64,000 nucleotides of DNA from assembly GCA_045646625.1 (NCBI GenBank), contig JAZRLB010000008.1:3234-67233 (forward strand), read 5' to 3'. Below the pieces are notes generated by a model. The model did no database searches. It was not told the origin of the DNA and was given only the letters and a program-made list of their open reading frames with translations. Shown piece by piece: positions 1 through 10,072 of this stretch. The position numbers and the translations under genes were made by a program. How positions within the stretch are numbered: position 1 is the first letter of the stretch; each line of letters opens with the position of its first letter. This DNA comes from Candidatus Enterousia sp. (GTDB taxonomy: Bacteria; Pseudomonadota; Alphaproteobacteria; Rs-D84).

Positions 1-74
1 GACCCTAAATCCACAAAATGCAATTTTTATATTTATTACGCCTATTTTTTGTGTTATAATATTGGGCAAGAGAG

Positions 75-887
75 ATGAAAAAACTTTTGCTTCTTTTTGC
101 AGGGTGTGCGCTTGTGTCGCAAAATGCGGCCGTGGCGGCGATTACTATTAAAAAGGCTCCGTCTGTTGCGACTAAACAAACTTCGGCTGTCGAAGCGGGG
201 GGCAGTTTGGTTCCAACTGTTATTGGGCTAGTCGGTGGGATTAAGCAGCTGTCACAGCAGCAAAAGGCGCTAAGCGATGAATGTATTCCAACGTCGGCTG
301 AAATTTCTTTTGTAAACAATGCGGTAAAAGAATGGGCAAAAACCGGCGCCAAAACCAAGGAAGAGGTCGAAGTCGCTCTGAATATGCGCCGTTGTACAGA
401 TTCATACACCGGTGGCTACGAAGCGTCAGTTCGTCTTGCCGAAGGCACGAACGAGCGTGATCTTATCTGCTATGACTGGTTTGGGGGAACTGGCGATGTA
501 GGTACCGTGTGGTATGGGTTTCCTATGGCGGTCAGCACATATTATTGTACGGACGGCTCTATAAGCGGTTGCTCGGACAAAGAAAAGAAACACGTTTCTA
601 ACATCTATGATGTATTTAATTTGGTCGATTTTGCCGAGGCAGACTATACGGCCCAAGAGGCAAAAATGGCCGCTACGCTGAAATCTAAAATTGAAAACTG
701 TTCATATGCAAAGTTAAGTGCCAAACAAAAGGCATTATGGGGTGAGTTTTTGGTCAGTACTATGGGCAATATGGGGCAAAAAACAAATACGGCTACAATT
801 TTACAAACGGTCAGCGGGGTTGCGAATTCTGGTGGTGCTGGTGCGTTGCAGTCATTAGGCAGTATGGCGACACAGTTCTTGCAATAA
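75..887 (+). CDS. secreted hypothetical protein with Gly/Ala-rich (glycine-zipper-like) segments and six Cys in the mature part
   Basis: 270-aa ORF with signal peptide MKKLLLLFAGCALVSQNAAVAA. Small-residue stretches GGSLVPTVIGLVGGI and SGVANSGGAGALQSLG. Hairpin terminator directly downstream. No family recognised. Confidence 0.6.
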   Translation: MKKLLLLFAGCALVSQNAAVAAITIKKAPSVATKQTSAVEAGGSLVPTVIGLVGGIKQLSQQQKALSDECIPTSAEISFVNNAVKEWAKTGAKTKEEVEVALNMRRCTDSYTGGYEASVRLAEGTNERDLICYDWFGGTGDVGTVWYGFPMAVSTYYCTDGSISGCSDKEKKHVSNIYDVFNLVDFAEADYTAQEAKMAATLKSKIENCSYAKLSAKQKALWGEFLVSTMGNMGQKTNTATILQTVSGVANSGGAGALQSLGSMATQFLQ

Positions 888-914
888 AAAAACCCGCTTT
901 GCGGGTTCTTTTTA
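888..914. terminator. bidirectional intrinsic terminator (convergent gene pair)
   Basis: AACCCGC-TTT-GCGGGTT hairpin with an A-run upstream and a T-run downstream. It lies between the stop at 887 (+) and the fabZ stop at 922 (-). Confidence 0.75.
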
Positions 915-921
915 TAGTTTT

Positions 922-1362
922 CTATTCCTCGACTTTCTGTAATACGGCTGTAAAAGTAGATTCTGCAACTTTTTTCCCGCCAACAAAAGCAATGCCGTGG
1001 AATTTATAAAGGCTCATCTTCGTCAGCAGCAGTTCTACGTGCAGTTCCAGTTTGTCGCCTGGACGCACCATATGTGAAAATTTAATCTTTTCCATTGTGG
1101 TAAAATATCCCAGCATATTTTTGCGTTCTTCTTCGGATAATCTACTGAACGCAACAAAGCAAGCTGTTTGTGCCAATGCTTCAACCTGTAAAACGCCCGG
1201 CATAATAGGATTGCCTGGAAAGTGGCCGTCGCACCAAAATTCATCATCACGAACGTATTTAACCCCAACCGCGCTGGCATCATTATATTCACGAATCTCA
1301 TCAATTAAGCGCATATTGCCACGATGCGGAATGATTTCTTCGATTTTTTTTGCGTCAATCAT
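922..1362 (-). CDS. fabZ: 3-hydroxyacyl-ACP dehydratase FabZ
   Basis: 146 aa. Hot-dog fold motif HFPGNPIMPGVLQVEALAQ, typical FabZ length, and downstream of lpxD as in many Gram-negatives. Confidence 0.92.
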   Translation of the reverse strand: MIDAKKIEEIIPHRGNMRLIDEIREYNDASAVGVKYVRDDEFWCDGHFPGNPIMPGVLQVEALAQTACFVAFSRLSEEERKNMLGYFTTMEKIKFSHMVRPGDKLELHVELLLTKMSLYKFHGIAFVGGKKVAESTFTAVLQKVEE

Positions 1363-1383
1363 ATTTGTCCTTCCTTTACTAGG

Positions 1384-2427
1384 TTATTTCTTTGAATTCT
1401 TGCGCAGCCAGGCATAGTGACGCATAAATTCGGTCCCGGGACCGGCCGGATATCCCATATGTGACTCGCCGTCCGGGATGTTGCGGAAAACGCCACTGTT
1501 TGCGCCAACAGACGCGTCGTTTCCAATTTTGACACCGTTTGCAACCCCTACATGTCCACCCAGCAATGCGCGGTCACCAACAACGACGCCGCCCGCCAAT
1601 CCTACACCACTGGCCAAAAAGCATTCTTTGCCCACAATAACACCGTGTGCAATCTGGCACAGATTATCAATTTTTGTTCCTTCGCCAATTGTGGTGTCGG
1701 TCATTGCGCCGCGGTCAATACAAGTGTTTGCGCCAACAGACACACGCTCACCAATAACGACGCGTCCTACGTGTGGAATAAAGACATTTTTACCGTTTTG
1801 GCGTGTGTATCCGAACCCATCTTTGCCAATAACAGCGTTGGCGTTAATAACGCTGTTTGCGCCAATTGTTGCATTTTCGATATGTGCGCCGCTTTGAACA
1901 ATTGTTCCGCGCCCCAGCACAACATTACGCCCAATAAAAGCGCCTGGATAAATTTTTACTTCTGGTTCGATAACCGCGCCACGTTCAATTGTCACGAATT
2001 GGCCGACATATATTGTTCTTTTTTTGCGAAAGAACACGCCGCGTTCGATAAAAGCATGTTTGCTGATGCCGAACCTTGGTTTTTCGCGATAAATTTCGCC
2101 CAGGATTTTAACAATGTTTCCGCGTGGGCTGTCTGTGATTAGCAGTGTTGTCCCCGCTGGTGCGTGCTGGGCCATTTCTGGCTGAACCAGAATCACGGTT
2201 GCCCGCGTGTTTTCCAGTACTGAAACAGGCAGTATTTTGAACGCGTTGCTGTTTTGTTCTGTTGAATAAAATGCCAGCTGTCCAGCCTTTGCATCTGCAA
2301 TAGGTGCAACCCCGCGCACAGGCGCGTTTGGGTCCCCGCGTAATTCCAGGCCAAATTTAGCCGCCAATACACCGGCTGTTGTTTTACTTGCCGCCGGCAT
2401 AAACAAATATTTAATAATTTTCATCAT
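1384..2427 (-). CDS. lpxD: UDP-3-O-acylglucosamine N-acyltransferase LpxD
   Basis: Long run of left-handed beta-helix hexapeptide repeats (IGxxxxI/V pattern), an N-terminal LpxD-type domain and lpxD-fabZ synteny. The start is set at MMKIIKY; the ORF extends to 2466, but those 13 extra residues look non-native. Confidence 0.88.
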   Translation of the reverse strand: MMKIIKYLFMPAASKTTAGVLAAKFGLELRGDPNAPVRGVAPIADAKAGQLAFYSTEQNSNAFKILPVSVLENTRATVILVQPEMAQHAPAGTTLLITDSPRGNIVKILGEIYREKPRFGISKHAFIERGVFFRKKRTIYVGQFVTIERGAVIEPEVKIYPGAFIGRNVVLGRGTIVQSGAHIENATIGANSVINANAVIGKDGFGYTRQNGKNVFIPHVGRVVIGERVSVGANTCIDRGAMTDTTIGEGTKIDNLCQIAHGVIVGKECFLASGVGLAGGVVVGDRALLGGHVGVANGVKIGNDASVGANSGVFRNIPDGESHMGYPAGPGTEFMRHYAWLRKNSKK

Positions 2428-2492
2428 AGCAGGCCGATTATAGATAAATTTTTTTCTACATTCCACAATTTTATAAAAGTTTATAATTTTAC

Positions 2493-2520
2493 TTGCATTT
2501 TGATATTTGGACTTTATAAT
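2493..2520 (+). promoter_or_regulatory. sigma70-like promoter for nusA-infB
   Basis: TTGCAT (2493-2498), 16-nt spacer, TATAAT (2515-2520), about 90 nt upstream of the nusA start. Confidence 0.45.
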
Positions 2521-2547
2521 AAGCAGTGTTCTTAAATAATAATTTAA

Positions 2548-2573
2548 GGGCGGGGTTGGAAAGAACCCCGCCC
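2548..2573 (+). promoter_or_regulatory. GC-rich 10-bp hairpin in the nusA 5' leader (no U-tract)
   Basis: GGGCGGGGTT-GGAAAG-AACCCCGCCC, located between the predicted promoter and the AAGGAG RBS of nusA. Confidence 0.5.
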
Positions 2574-2612
2574 TTCTACTAAGACATGTTATAACGCAAA
2601 GGAGTGTACCAA

Positions 2613-4151
2613 ATGTCTTTTGTATCGATGCCTCGTCAGGACTTGTTGTTGGCTATTGAATCGTTGGCCCAGGACAAGCAGATTGATCGCGAAATTGTAT
2701 TTGAATCGCTGGAAATCGCGGTTGCGAAGATTGCGAAACATAAATATGGCGAAGAATTTAATATTGTTGCGGATATTGACCGCAAAAACGGGGCGATACA
2801 TGTCAAACGGTTGTTCACAGTTATTGAATCGCCTGAATCTGTTGGCGAAGAATACGATCCAAACACAATGTTGACGGTATCCCAGGCGAAAAAATACGCC
2901 AAGTCCCCGGTTGTTGGTGATGTGGTCGAAGATGCGCTGCCAGAACCCGAATTTGGGCGTATGGCATTCCAGACCGCCAAACAGATTATGACCACACGCG
3001 TTCGTGACGCGGAAAAGGGGCGCCAGTTCGAAGAATTCAAAGACAACATTGGCGACATTATTAACGGTGTTGTAAAACGTGTCGAATTCGGCAGCATTTA
3101 TGTCGACATCAACGGCAAAGCCGAAGGTTATATTAAAAGTACAGAATTGATACCTGGTGAACGCTTGACGGTTGGTGATCGTGTGCGCGCTTTGATTATG
3201 GACGTTGCGCGTTCGAACACAGGTCCTCAGATTTTCCTGACCCGTACGCATCCGATGTTTATGGAAAAGTTGTTCACCCAGGAAGTGCCTGAAATCTACG
3301 AAGGTATTATCAAGATTAAATCCGTTGCTCGTGCGCCTGGTTCGCACGCGAAAATCGCAGTTGAAACAGCTGACCCATCGATTGACGCAGTTGGTATGAC
3401 TGTTGGTATCAAGGGTACACGTATCCAGCCTGTCATCAACGAATGCCACGGTGAAAAGATTGACGTTATCCTGTATTCAGACGACCCAGCTGTATTTATC
3501 GTTAACGCAATGCAGCCTGCCAAGGTTGCCAAAATCATCGTTGACGAAGACACACGCAGCGCAGCCGTTGTTGTAAACGAAGATCAACAGTCTTTGGCGA
3601 TTGGTCGACGCGGCCAGAATGTTCGTCTGGCGTCTCAGTTGACGGGCTGGAACATTGACGTTATGAACGAGGCCGAAGAACAAGAACGTCGCGCCAAAGA
3701 ATTCAAAGAAAAGACAGAATTATTTATTGCAGGTCTGGACGTAGACGAAATGATTGCCCAGTTGCTGATTACTGAAGGGTTCCGCACAATCGAAGAAATC
3801 GCATTTGTCGACATTTCTGAACTGGAAAGCATCGAAGGCTTTAACCCAGAACTGGCGGCCGAGTTGCAGAAACGTGCAAAAGATTATCTGGACAAAAAAG
3901 AACAGGATTATTTTGCTGCCGGTCACCAGATTGGTATGTCCGACGACCTGTTAAAGTTTGATTTTATCAAACGTCCAACAATTATGAAGTTGGGTGAATC
4001 TGGCATTAAATCTTTGGAAGATTTGGCGGATTTGGCCACAGACGAATTGGTTGAAATCCTGGGTGAAGACACAATGTCAAACCGTCTGGCGGGTCGCGTT
4101 ATTATGAAGGCACGTGAACTGGCCTATGGTATTGCCAAGGATAATGAATAA
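2613..4151 (+). CDS. nusA: transcription termination/antitermination factor NusA
   Basis: S1 and KH region ([23 protein letters not shown]; [22 protein letters not shown]) and C-terminal HhH acidic repeats. AAGGAG RBS 9 nt upstream of the ATG at 2613. Followed by infB. Confidence 0.95.
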   Translation: MSFVSMPRQDLLLAIESLAQDKQIDREIVFESLEIAVAKIAKHKYGEEFNIVADIDRKNGAIHVKRLFTVIESPESVGEEYDPNTMLTVSQAKKYAKSPVVGDVVEDALPEPEFGRMAFQTAKQIMTTRVRDAEKGRQFEEFKDNIGDIINGVVKRVEFGSIYVDINGKAEGYIKSTELIPGERLTVGDRVRALIMDVARSNTGPQIFLTRTHPMFMEKLFTQEVPEIYEGIIKIKSVARAPGSHAKIAVETADPSIDAVGMTVGIKGTRIQPVINECHGEKIDVILYSDDPAVFIVNAMQPAKVAKIIVDEDTRSAAVVVNEDQQSLAIGRRGQNVRLASQLTGWNIDVMNEAEEQERRAKEFKEKTELFIAGLDVDEMIAQLLITEGFRTIEEIAFVDISELESIEGFNPELAAELQKRAKDYLDKKEQDYFAAGHQIGMSDDLLKFDFIKRPTIMKLGESGIKSLEDLADLATDELVEILGEDTMSNRLAGRVIMKARELAYGIAKDNE

Positions 4152-4179
4152 ACATACAAACAGACGGAGTTGTTAAAAA

Positions 4180-6597
4180 ATGGCAACATTGACACTTGGA
4201 AAATCTGTGACAACTGATGCGGTTCGCAGTAAAAAAGGCGACGCGGTCTTTGTCGAACGTCGTCGTCGTGTGGTTGCGCCAAACAGCAAGGAAATGCGTG
4301 ATGAACCCGTGACGCCAACAGCGACACCAAAAAATGCCGCGGATGAAAAATTGCGTGCTGTATTGGCGGCGGCCAAGGCGCGCGAAGAAGAAAGAAAGGC
4401 ACGTGCCGCCGAAGAAGCGGCCGCGCGCGCCGCGCGCGATGCAGAAATCGAGCGTGAAAATCGCGAATACGAACAGGTTCGTGAACAGTTGGCTGCCCGT
4501 GAAAATACAAATGTTGTGCCGGCTGAAACGGTTGAAGAAACGCCTGCGCCTAAGCAAAAGTCTGCCCCTGCGCCCAAGGTGTTTACAAACAATGCGATTG
4601 CGGGTGCGGGTTTAGGTCGCAAAAATCGCGGTGGCGATGAAGAAGATGTGCGTCCAAATAAATTTAACAACTCTAAAAAAGATTTCAAAAAATCTGGCAA
4701 AATCCACCTGAATGATATTGTTATGGGTGGTGGTGATGATGACGATGATGAAATCGGAATTCGTGGTGCGAACCGTCGTCGCTCCGAAGCGTCGTTAAAA
4801 CGTTTTCGTGAAAAGGCACGTGCAGTATTCAATGCTCCGCAAAAGGTTGAACGTGTTGTCAGTTTGGGTGACACAATTACTGTCAAAGATTTGGCTGCGG
4901 CAATGGCAGAAAAGGTTGGTAATGTTATCAAAAAACTGATGGAAATGGGTATGATGGTATCCGTTAACCAGTCTATTGATGCGGACACGGCTGAATTAAT
5001 AGCGACCGAGTTTGGTGCGACGGTCAAACGTGTTGTTGTAAAACCGTACGCAGATATTTTAGAGCGCGAACCAAACCCGGATCATATGACGCCACGCGCG
5101 CCTGTTGTGACGGTGGTGGGGCATGTTGATCACGGTAAAACATCCCTGTTGGACGCATTTCGCAATGCGAACGTTGCGGCCGGCGAAGCGGGTGGTATTA
5201 CCCAACATGTATCTTCATACGAAGTTAAAACTGCATCTGGTGAAATGATTACATTCTTGGATACCCCGGGGCACGAAACATTTACTGCTATGCGTGCACG
5301 CGGTGCCCAGATGGCTGACATTGTGGTGCTGGTTGTGGCGGCGAACGATTCTATTATGCCACAAACAATCGAAGCGATTAATCACATTCGCGCGGCCAAG
5401 GTTCCGTTCATTGTTGCGATTAACAAGATTGACCTGCCCGAAGCAAACCCAATGCGCGTTAAAACCGACCTGCTGCAACAAGAAGTTCAGGTAGAAGAAA
5501 TGGGTGGTGATGTCCAGTGTGTTGAAATTTCTGCGACCAAGAAAATCGGTCTGGACAAATTGGAAGAAGCGATTCTGTTGCAGTCTGAAATGATGGAATT
5601 GAAAGCGGACGCAGAAATGCCTGCTGTTGCATACGTGGTCGAAGCAAAAATGGAAAAGGGGCTGGGGGCGGTTGCGACGGTTCTGATGCGCCAAGGTACA
5701 TTAAAAATTGGCGATGTATTTGTTGTCGGGGAAACATTTGGTCGTGTTCGTGGTTTAATCAACTCTGCCGGCGAACGCGTAAAGTCTGTCAAGCCAGGCC
5801 AGCCTGCAGTTGTTCTGGGGTTGGATTCAGTGCCGGGCGCGGGGGACGAATTGCGTGTTATGGAAAACGAAGCGCAAACACGCGAAGTTGCCGCGTATCG
5901 CACGCAACAGGCCAAGGATAAAGCAAATGCGGTTAAGCGTTCATCGCTGGAAGAGTTGTTTGCCAAACGTGACGAGTCCAAGAAGTTAATCTTGCCAATC
6001 ATCCTACGTGCAGATGTCCAGGGTTCGGTCGAAGCAATTTCTGATATGGTAAAAGATATCACGACCGACAAAGTTGGTGTTGAAATCCTGTCGTCTGGTG
6101 TTGGTCAAATTACCGAAGGTGACATCCGTCTGGCGACGGCATCAGGTGCGGTAATTGTTGCATTTAATGTACGTGCGGATTCCGCTGTTCGTGATATGGC
6201 GCGCAACAATGGTGTTGATATTCGTTATCACAGTGTTGTCTATCGCATCACAGATGAAATCAAAGAAATTCTGTCAGGTAAATTGGCGCCTGAAAAACGT
6301 GAAACCTTTATTGGTTATGCGGACGTTATTGCTCTGTTTACTGTGGGCAAGGGTACACGCGTTGCAGGTTGTCGTATGACCGAAGGCGCGATTAAAAAGG
6401 ATGCGTTTGTTCGTCTGTTGCGCAACAATGTTGTTATCTATGATGGCAAAATTGGCCAGCTGCGTCGCGAAAAGAACGAGGTCAAAGAAGTGTCCGGCGG
6501 CGTTGAATTCGGTATGTCCTTTGACAAGTATAATGACTTGAAAGAAGGCGATCGTGTCGAATGCTACGAGGTAGAAGAAGTTCGTGCCCAGTTGTAA
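4180..6597 (+). CDS. infB: translation initiation factor IF-2
   Basis: 805 aa. G domain [29 protein letters not shown]. Low-complexity charged N-terminus. nusA-infB synteny. Confidence 0.96.
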   Translation: MATLTLGKSVTTDAVRSKKGDAVFVERRRRVVAPNSKEMRDEPVTPTATPKNAADEKLRAVLAAAKAREEERKARAAEEAAARAARDAEIERENREYEQVREQLAARENTNVVPAETVEETPAPKQKSAPAPKVFTNNAIAGAGLGRKNRGGDEEDVRPNKFNNSKKDFKKSGKIHLNDIVMGGGDDDDDEIGIRGANRRRSEASLKRFREKARAVFNAPQKVERVVSLGDTITVKDLAAAMAEKVGNVIKKLMEMGMMVSVNQSIDADTAELIATEFGATVKRVVVKPYADILEREPNPDHMTPRAPVVTVVGHVDHGKTSLLDAFRNANVAAGEAGGITQHVSSYEVKTASGEMITFLDTPGHETFTAMRARGAQMADIVVLVVAANDSIMPQTIEAINHIRAAKVPFIVAINKIDLPEANPMRVKTDLLQQEVQVEEMGGDVQCVEISATKKIGLDKLEEAILLQSEMMELKADAEMPAVAYVVEAKMEKGLGAVATVLMRQGTLKIGDVFVVGETFGRVRGLINSAGERVKSVKPGQPAVVLGLDSVPGAGDELRVMENEAQTREVAAYRTQQAKDKANAVKRSSLEELFAKRDESKKLILPIILRADVQGSVEAISDMVKDITTDKVGVEILSSGVGQITEGDIRLATASGAVIVAFNVRADSAVRDMARNNGVDIRYHSVVYRITDEIKEILSGKLAPEKRETFIGYADVIALFTVGKGTRVAGCRMTEGAIKKDAFVRLLRNNVVIYDGKIGQLRREKNEVKEVSGGVEFGMSFDKYNDLKEGDRVECYEVEEVRAQL

Positions 6598-6599
6598 TA

Positions 6600-6628
6600 A
6601 AAATCCCCCAAGTCGGGGGATTTTTTTA
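6600..6628 (+). terminator. intrinsic terminator after infB
   Basis: ATCCCCC-AAGTC-GGGGGAT hairpin followed by T7. Confidence 0.8.
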
Positions 6629-6690
6629 ATAATATTTATGTAGACTACGTACAAAACACTTGCGCTTTGGATAAAATCGTTGTATTGTGT

Positions 6691-6729
6691 ATGCCGATGA
6701 AACAAACAACAATAATTATTATTAAATAA
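6691..6729 (+). CDS. candidate ileS leader peptide MPMKQTTIIIIK
   Basis: ATG CCG ATG AAA CAA ACA ACA ATA ATT ATT ATT AAA TAA: four consecutive Ile codons (6712-6723) preceded by two Thr codons. It lies 30 nt upstream of a hairpin with a T6 run and 74 nt upstream of ileS. No clear Shine-Dalgarno, so this is tentative. Confidence 0.35.
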   Translation: MPMKQTTIIIIK

Positions 6730-6757
6730 GGTCACACTGCGCTTCTGCACGGTGGCT

Positions 6758-6779
6758 GGGGCGCGTGGGCGCCTTTTTT
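6758..6779 (+). terminator. candidate attenuator terminator in the ileS leader
   Basis: GGCGC-GTGG-GCGCC hairpin (6760-6773) followed by TTTTTT (6774-6779), only 24 nt before the ileS ATG. Confidence 0.45.
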
Positions 6780-6802
6780 AATATAAAAAACAGGGTGAAA
6801 AT

Positions 6803-9800
6803 ATGACTTATACCAAGACAGATGCACGTGCAGACTTTACTGCCGTCGAACAACAGATGCTTAAAAAATGGGCAACTGAAAATACTTTTCACAAATCACT
6901 GGATAAAACGAAATCTGGTCGTCCATTTTCGTTCTATGATGGTCCTCCGTTTGCGAACGGCTTGCCACATTGGGGGCATTTGGGTGTATCTGTTGTCAAA
7001 GATATGGTGTCACGTTTCCAAACAATGATGGGGCGCCATGTGTCACGTGAGTTGGGATGGGATTGTCACGGTTTGCCGGCTGAAAACTCGGTTGAAAAAA
7101 AGCAGGCTCGCCCCGCCAAAGATATCGTTGGCACCGATGGTATTGCCGCGTTCTGTGATATGTGTCGTACAGACGTTATGACATACACCAACGAATGGAA
7201 TGCATTTATTACGCGTATGGGGCGTTGGGTTGATATTGGTGACGGCTATGGATACAAAACCATGGATAAGAACTATATGGAATCTATGCTGTGGACATTG
7301 AAAAGCCTGTATGAAAAGGGGCTGTTGTACAAAGATTACAGTGTTAATCCATATGACTGGGTCAACGGTACGGTTGTATCTAATTCCGAAGCGTCCCAGG
7401 ATTATCGTGAAATTGTTGATGATGCGGTGACTGTTTGGTTTGAATTGGAAAATGGCGACCGCGCAATTGCCTGGACAACAACACCGTGGACATTGCCTGC
7501 GAATTCTGCATTGGCGGTAAATCCAAATATGACATATCTGCGTATGCAGGATACAGACGGTGCAGTCTATGTTATCGCAGAAAGTCGCCTAAAGGCATAC
7601 GAAAAACAATTCGCCACCACAACCGAAATTGGTCGTGTGTCGGGCGCAGAATTGGCGGGTATGCACTATACGCCACTGTTCCCATACTATGTGGGCCAGT
7701 CTGATTTATTATACCAGGTAATCCCAGCGGACTATGTATCTGATTCTGATGGTACGGGTATCGTTCACATTGCCCCGGCATACGGTGCAGACGACTTTTG
7801 GGCGGCAAAAAACATCGACCCAAAGTTCCCTGTACTATTGAATGTTGATACATATGGAAACTTTGATGAAACTGTTGTTGACTTTGCCGGTCAAAACATC
7901 TTTGCGGCGACACCTGCAATTTTGGATTGGTTAAAACAGAACGGCAAACTGGTTAAAAAAGAACAATATAAACACAGTTATCCATTTGGCGACCGCAGCA
8001 AAGAAAAGTTAATCTATCGCGCGACCGATTCTTGGTATATTGATGTTCCAAAAATCAAAGACCAATTATTGGCTAATAATACAAAGGTTAATTGGACATC
8101 GGCGGGTGAACGTTTCCGTATGTGGATTGAAGGTGCGCGTCCATGGTCAATTTCCAGAAACCGTTTCTGGGGTATGCCATTGCCAATCTGGGAACGCGAC
8201 GGCGAATACAAAGTGTTTGGTTCAATCGCAGAACTGGAAGAATTCTTTGGGGTCAAAGTTGACGATTTGCATCGTCCAACGTTGGATAAGTTAACCAAAG
8301 ATGGTTGGGTACGCATACCAGACGTATTGGATTGCTGGGTTGAATCTGGTTCTATGCCGTGGGCATCATTACACTATCCGTTTGAAAATGTCGAAAAATT
8401 CAATGCGACATTCCCTGCCGACTATATTATCGAAGGTCAGGACCAAACCCGTGGTTGGTTCTATGCGCTGATGGTGTTGGCGACGGCATTGTTTGACAAG
8501 CCTGCATTTATGGCGGTATCTGCCAATGGTATGGTTGTGGACGAAAATAAAAAGAAGTTCTCGAAATCGTTGCGCAATTTTGTTAACCCAGAACAGCAGA
8601 TTGAACAGTATGGTGCGGACGCGGTACGTTTGTATATCTTGGGGTCTAACTTTATGAAGGCCGAACCTGTTCCTGTTGATAAAGAAGGCAAAGTATTCGT
8701 TGAATCCACCAAGACAATCCAAACACCATTGTGGAACGCGTATCACTTCTTTACATTGTACGCGAATGCGGGCAATGTGACGGCACGCGAAATGACCATG
8801 CCAACAAACCCGTTGGATAAATATATCTTGGCGGAATTGAATATGCTGACGGACGTTGTTCGTGATGCATTGACTGAATATAAACCGGATGCGGCGGTCA
8901 AAGAATTTGTGCGATTCTTGGACGTCTTGAACAACTGGTACATCCGTCGTGGTCGCGCGCGTTTCTGGGACGAAGAACAGGCTGCATTTGACACTCTGTA
9001 CACGGTTTTGACACGTTTCTGTCGTGTGCTGGCACCGTTTGCGCCATTTATATCAGAATATATCTATACAAACCTTACAGGCGAAGAATCTGTGCATTTG
9101 ACATCGTTCCCAGAAACGGTTGCCGCCGATACAAAAATCGTGGACGATATGCGTCGTGTACAGGCAATTGTATCCGTGGGCAAGCAATTACGTGAAGCGT
9201 ATAAATTGCGCAACCGTCTGCCATTAAATTCATTGACGGTGGCTGGGGTGAATATGCCCGAATACGCAGATATTATCCAGGACGAACTGAATGTCAAATC
9301 GGTTGTGTTTAAAGAATCGTTTGGTGATATAGCGGACAGTTTTGTGTATCTAATTACACCAAAAATCGGTGCACGTTTGGGGGGCGCGTTGCGGGAAATC
9401 ATCCCATCTGTCAAACGTGGTGATTATGAATTGGTGGGCGACAAATTGGTTGCTGCGGGTCATGAATTAAATGCAGATGAATTTGAAATGCGTCTGACAA
9501 TGCGTGACGGCGTATCTGGTGCTGCGTTGCCGGACAATACGGCGGTTGTTGTGCTGGACACAGATGTTAATTCAGAATTGGTTGCCGAAGGTTTGGCGAA
9601 CGATGCACTGCGCTTTATCCAAGATACTCGCAAGGCAGCGGGTCTGGACGTGTCTGACAGAATCGTTTTGACATATTCGGCTGACCCTGCGTTGGCAAAC
9701 GCGATGGACGCGCATAAAAAACGCATTATGCGCGAAGCGTTAATTGTGGAAATGCTTCCTGGCGATGGCGAATATGAAGACAATGTCGAAGGATACAGCC

Positions 9801-9826
9801 TGGCAATATCTGTTAAAAAAGCATAA
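6803..9826 (+). CDS. ileS: isoleucyl-tRNA synthetase, type 2 (eukaryote-like)
   Basis: 1007 aa. FYDGPPFANGLPHWGHL (HIGH region) and KFSKS (KMSKS). The N-terminal signature and length fit type-2 IleRS rather than ValRS or LeuRS. Confidence 0.92.
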   Translation: MTYTKTDARADFTAVEQQMLKKWATENTFHKSLDKTKSGRPFSFYDGPPFANGLPHWGHLGVSVVKDMVSRFQTMMGRHVSRELGWDCHGLPAENSVEKKQARPAKDIVGTDGIAAFCDMCRTDVMTYTNEWNAFITRMGRWVDIGDGYGYKTMDKNYMESMLWTLKSLYEKGLLYKDYSVNPYDWVNGTVVSNSEASQDYREIVDDAVTVWFELENGDRAIAWTTTPWTLPANSALAVNPNMTYLRMQDTDGAVYVIAESRLKAYEKQFATTTEIGRVSGAELAGMHYTPLFPYYVGQSDLLYQVIPADYVSDSDGTGIVHIAPAYGADDFWAAKNIDPKFPVLLNVDTYGNFDETVVDFAGQNIFAATPAILDWLKQNGKLVKKEQYKHSYPFGDRSKEKLIYRATDSWYIDVPKIKDQLLANNTKVNWTSAGERFRMWIEGARPWSISRNRFWGMPLPIWERDGEYKVFGSIAELEEFFGVKVDDLHRPTLDKLTKDGWVRIPDVLDCWVESGSMPWASLHYPFENVEKFNATFPADYIIEGQDQTRGWFYALMVLATALFDKPAFMAVSANGMVVDENKKKFSKSLRNFVNPEQQIEQYGADAVRLYILGSNFMKAEPVPVDKEGKVFVESTKTIQTPLWNAYHFFTLYANAGNVTAREMTMPTNPLDKYILAELNMLTDVVRDALTEYKPDAAVKEFVRFLDVLNNWYIRRGRARFWDEEQAAFDTLYTVLTRFCRVLAPFAPFISEYIYTNLTGEESVHLTSFPETVAADTKIVDDMRRVQAIVSVGKQLREAYKLRNRLPLNSLTVAGVNMPEYADIIQDELNVKSVVFKESFGDIADSFVYLITPKIGARLGGALREIIPSVKRGDYELVGDKLVAAGHELNADEFEMRLTMRDGVSGAALPDNTAVVVLDTDVNSELVAEGLANDALRFIQDTRKAAGLDVSDRIVLTYSADPALANAMDAHKKRIMREALIVEMLPGDGEYEDNVEGYSLAISVKKA

Positions 9827-9849
9827 AATAAAAACAAAGGAAAATAACT

Positions 9850-10071
9850 ATGGTAAAAACAGAAAAATATTGTGGTGCACCGCATATGGCGTGCGCTGCG
9901 CGAAACAAAGAAACGGGCAGATGTACTAGTGTGTCTGAATGCCTGAGCGCAATGGAATTAATGCCAACAGGTATGGAAAGATTGTTGCTGCGCCATCTGT
10001 GCAATGTTGCAAAACAAAATGAACAGATTTTGGCAGAATTAGCGCAATTAAAACTTGGGCGTGTGAAATAA
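9850..10071 (+). CDS. small hypothetical protein (73 aa, 5 Cys)
   Basis: ORF with an AAAGGA RBS. Its stop is 1 nt before the nth start, so it is wedged in an ileS-nth co-directional unit. No family recognised. Confidence 0.45.
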   Translation: MVKTEKYCGAPHMACAARNKETGRCTSVSECLSAMELMPTGMERLLLRHLCNVAKQNEQILAELAQLKLGRVK

Positions 10072-10072
10072 A

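Noticed and set aside
4173-5027. Long antisense ORFs opposite well-supported genes. Examples are 284 aa opposite infB, 286 aa at 2589-3449 opposite nusA, 258 aa at 54142-54918 opposite yidC, 192 aa at 35124-35702 opposite pyk and 210 aa at 13567-14199.
   Set aside because: They lie entirely within genes that have unmistakable family motifs on the other strand. Their translations are low-complexity or compositionally odd (Ser/Arg/Ala/Phe-rich) with no motifs. They are typical shadow ORFs produced by codon bias.
6630-6802. A T-box riboswitch or other riboswitch upstream of ileS.
   Set aside because: The leader is only about 170 nt and lacks the long Stem I and specifier architecture and the conserved T-box sequence. 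T-boxes are also not expected in this lineage. The AGGGTG at 6791-6796 is simply the ileS ribosome-binding site. The leader-peptide model fits better and is reported as a hypothesis.
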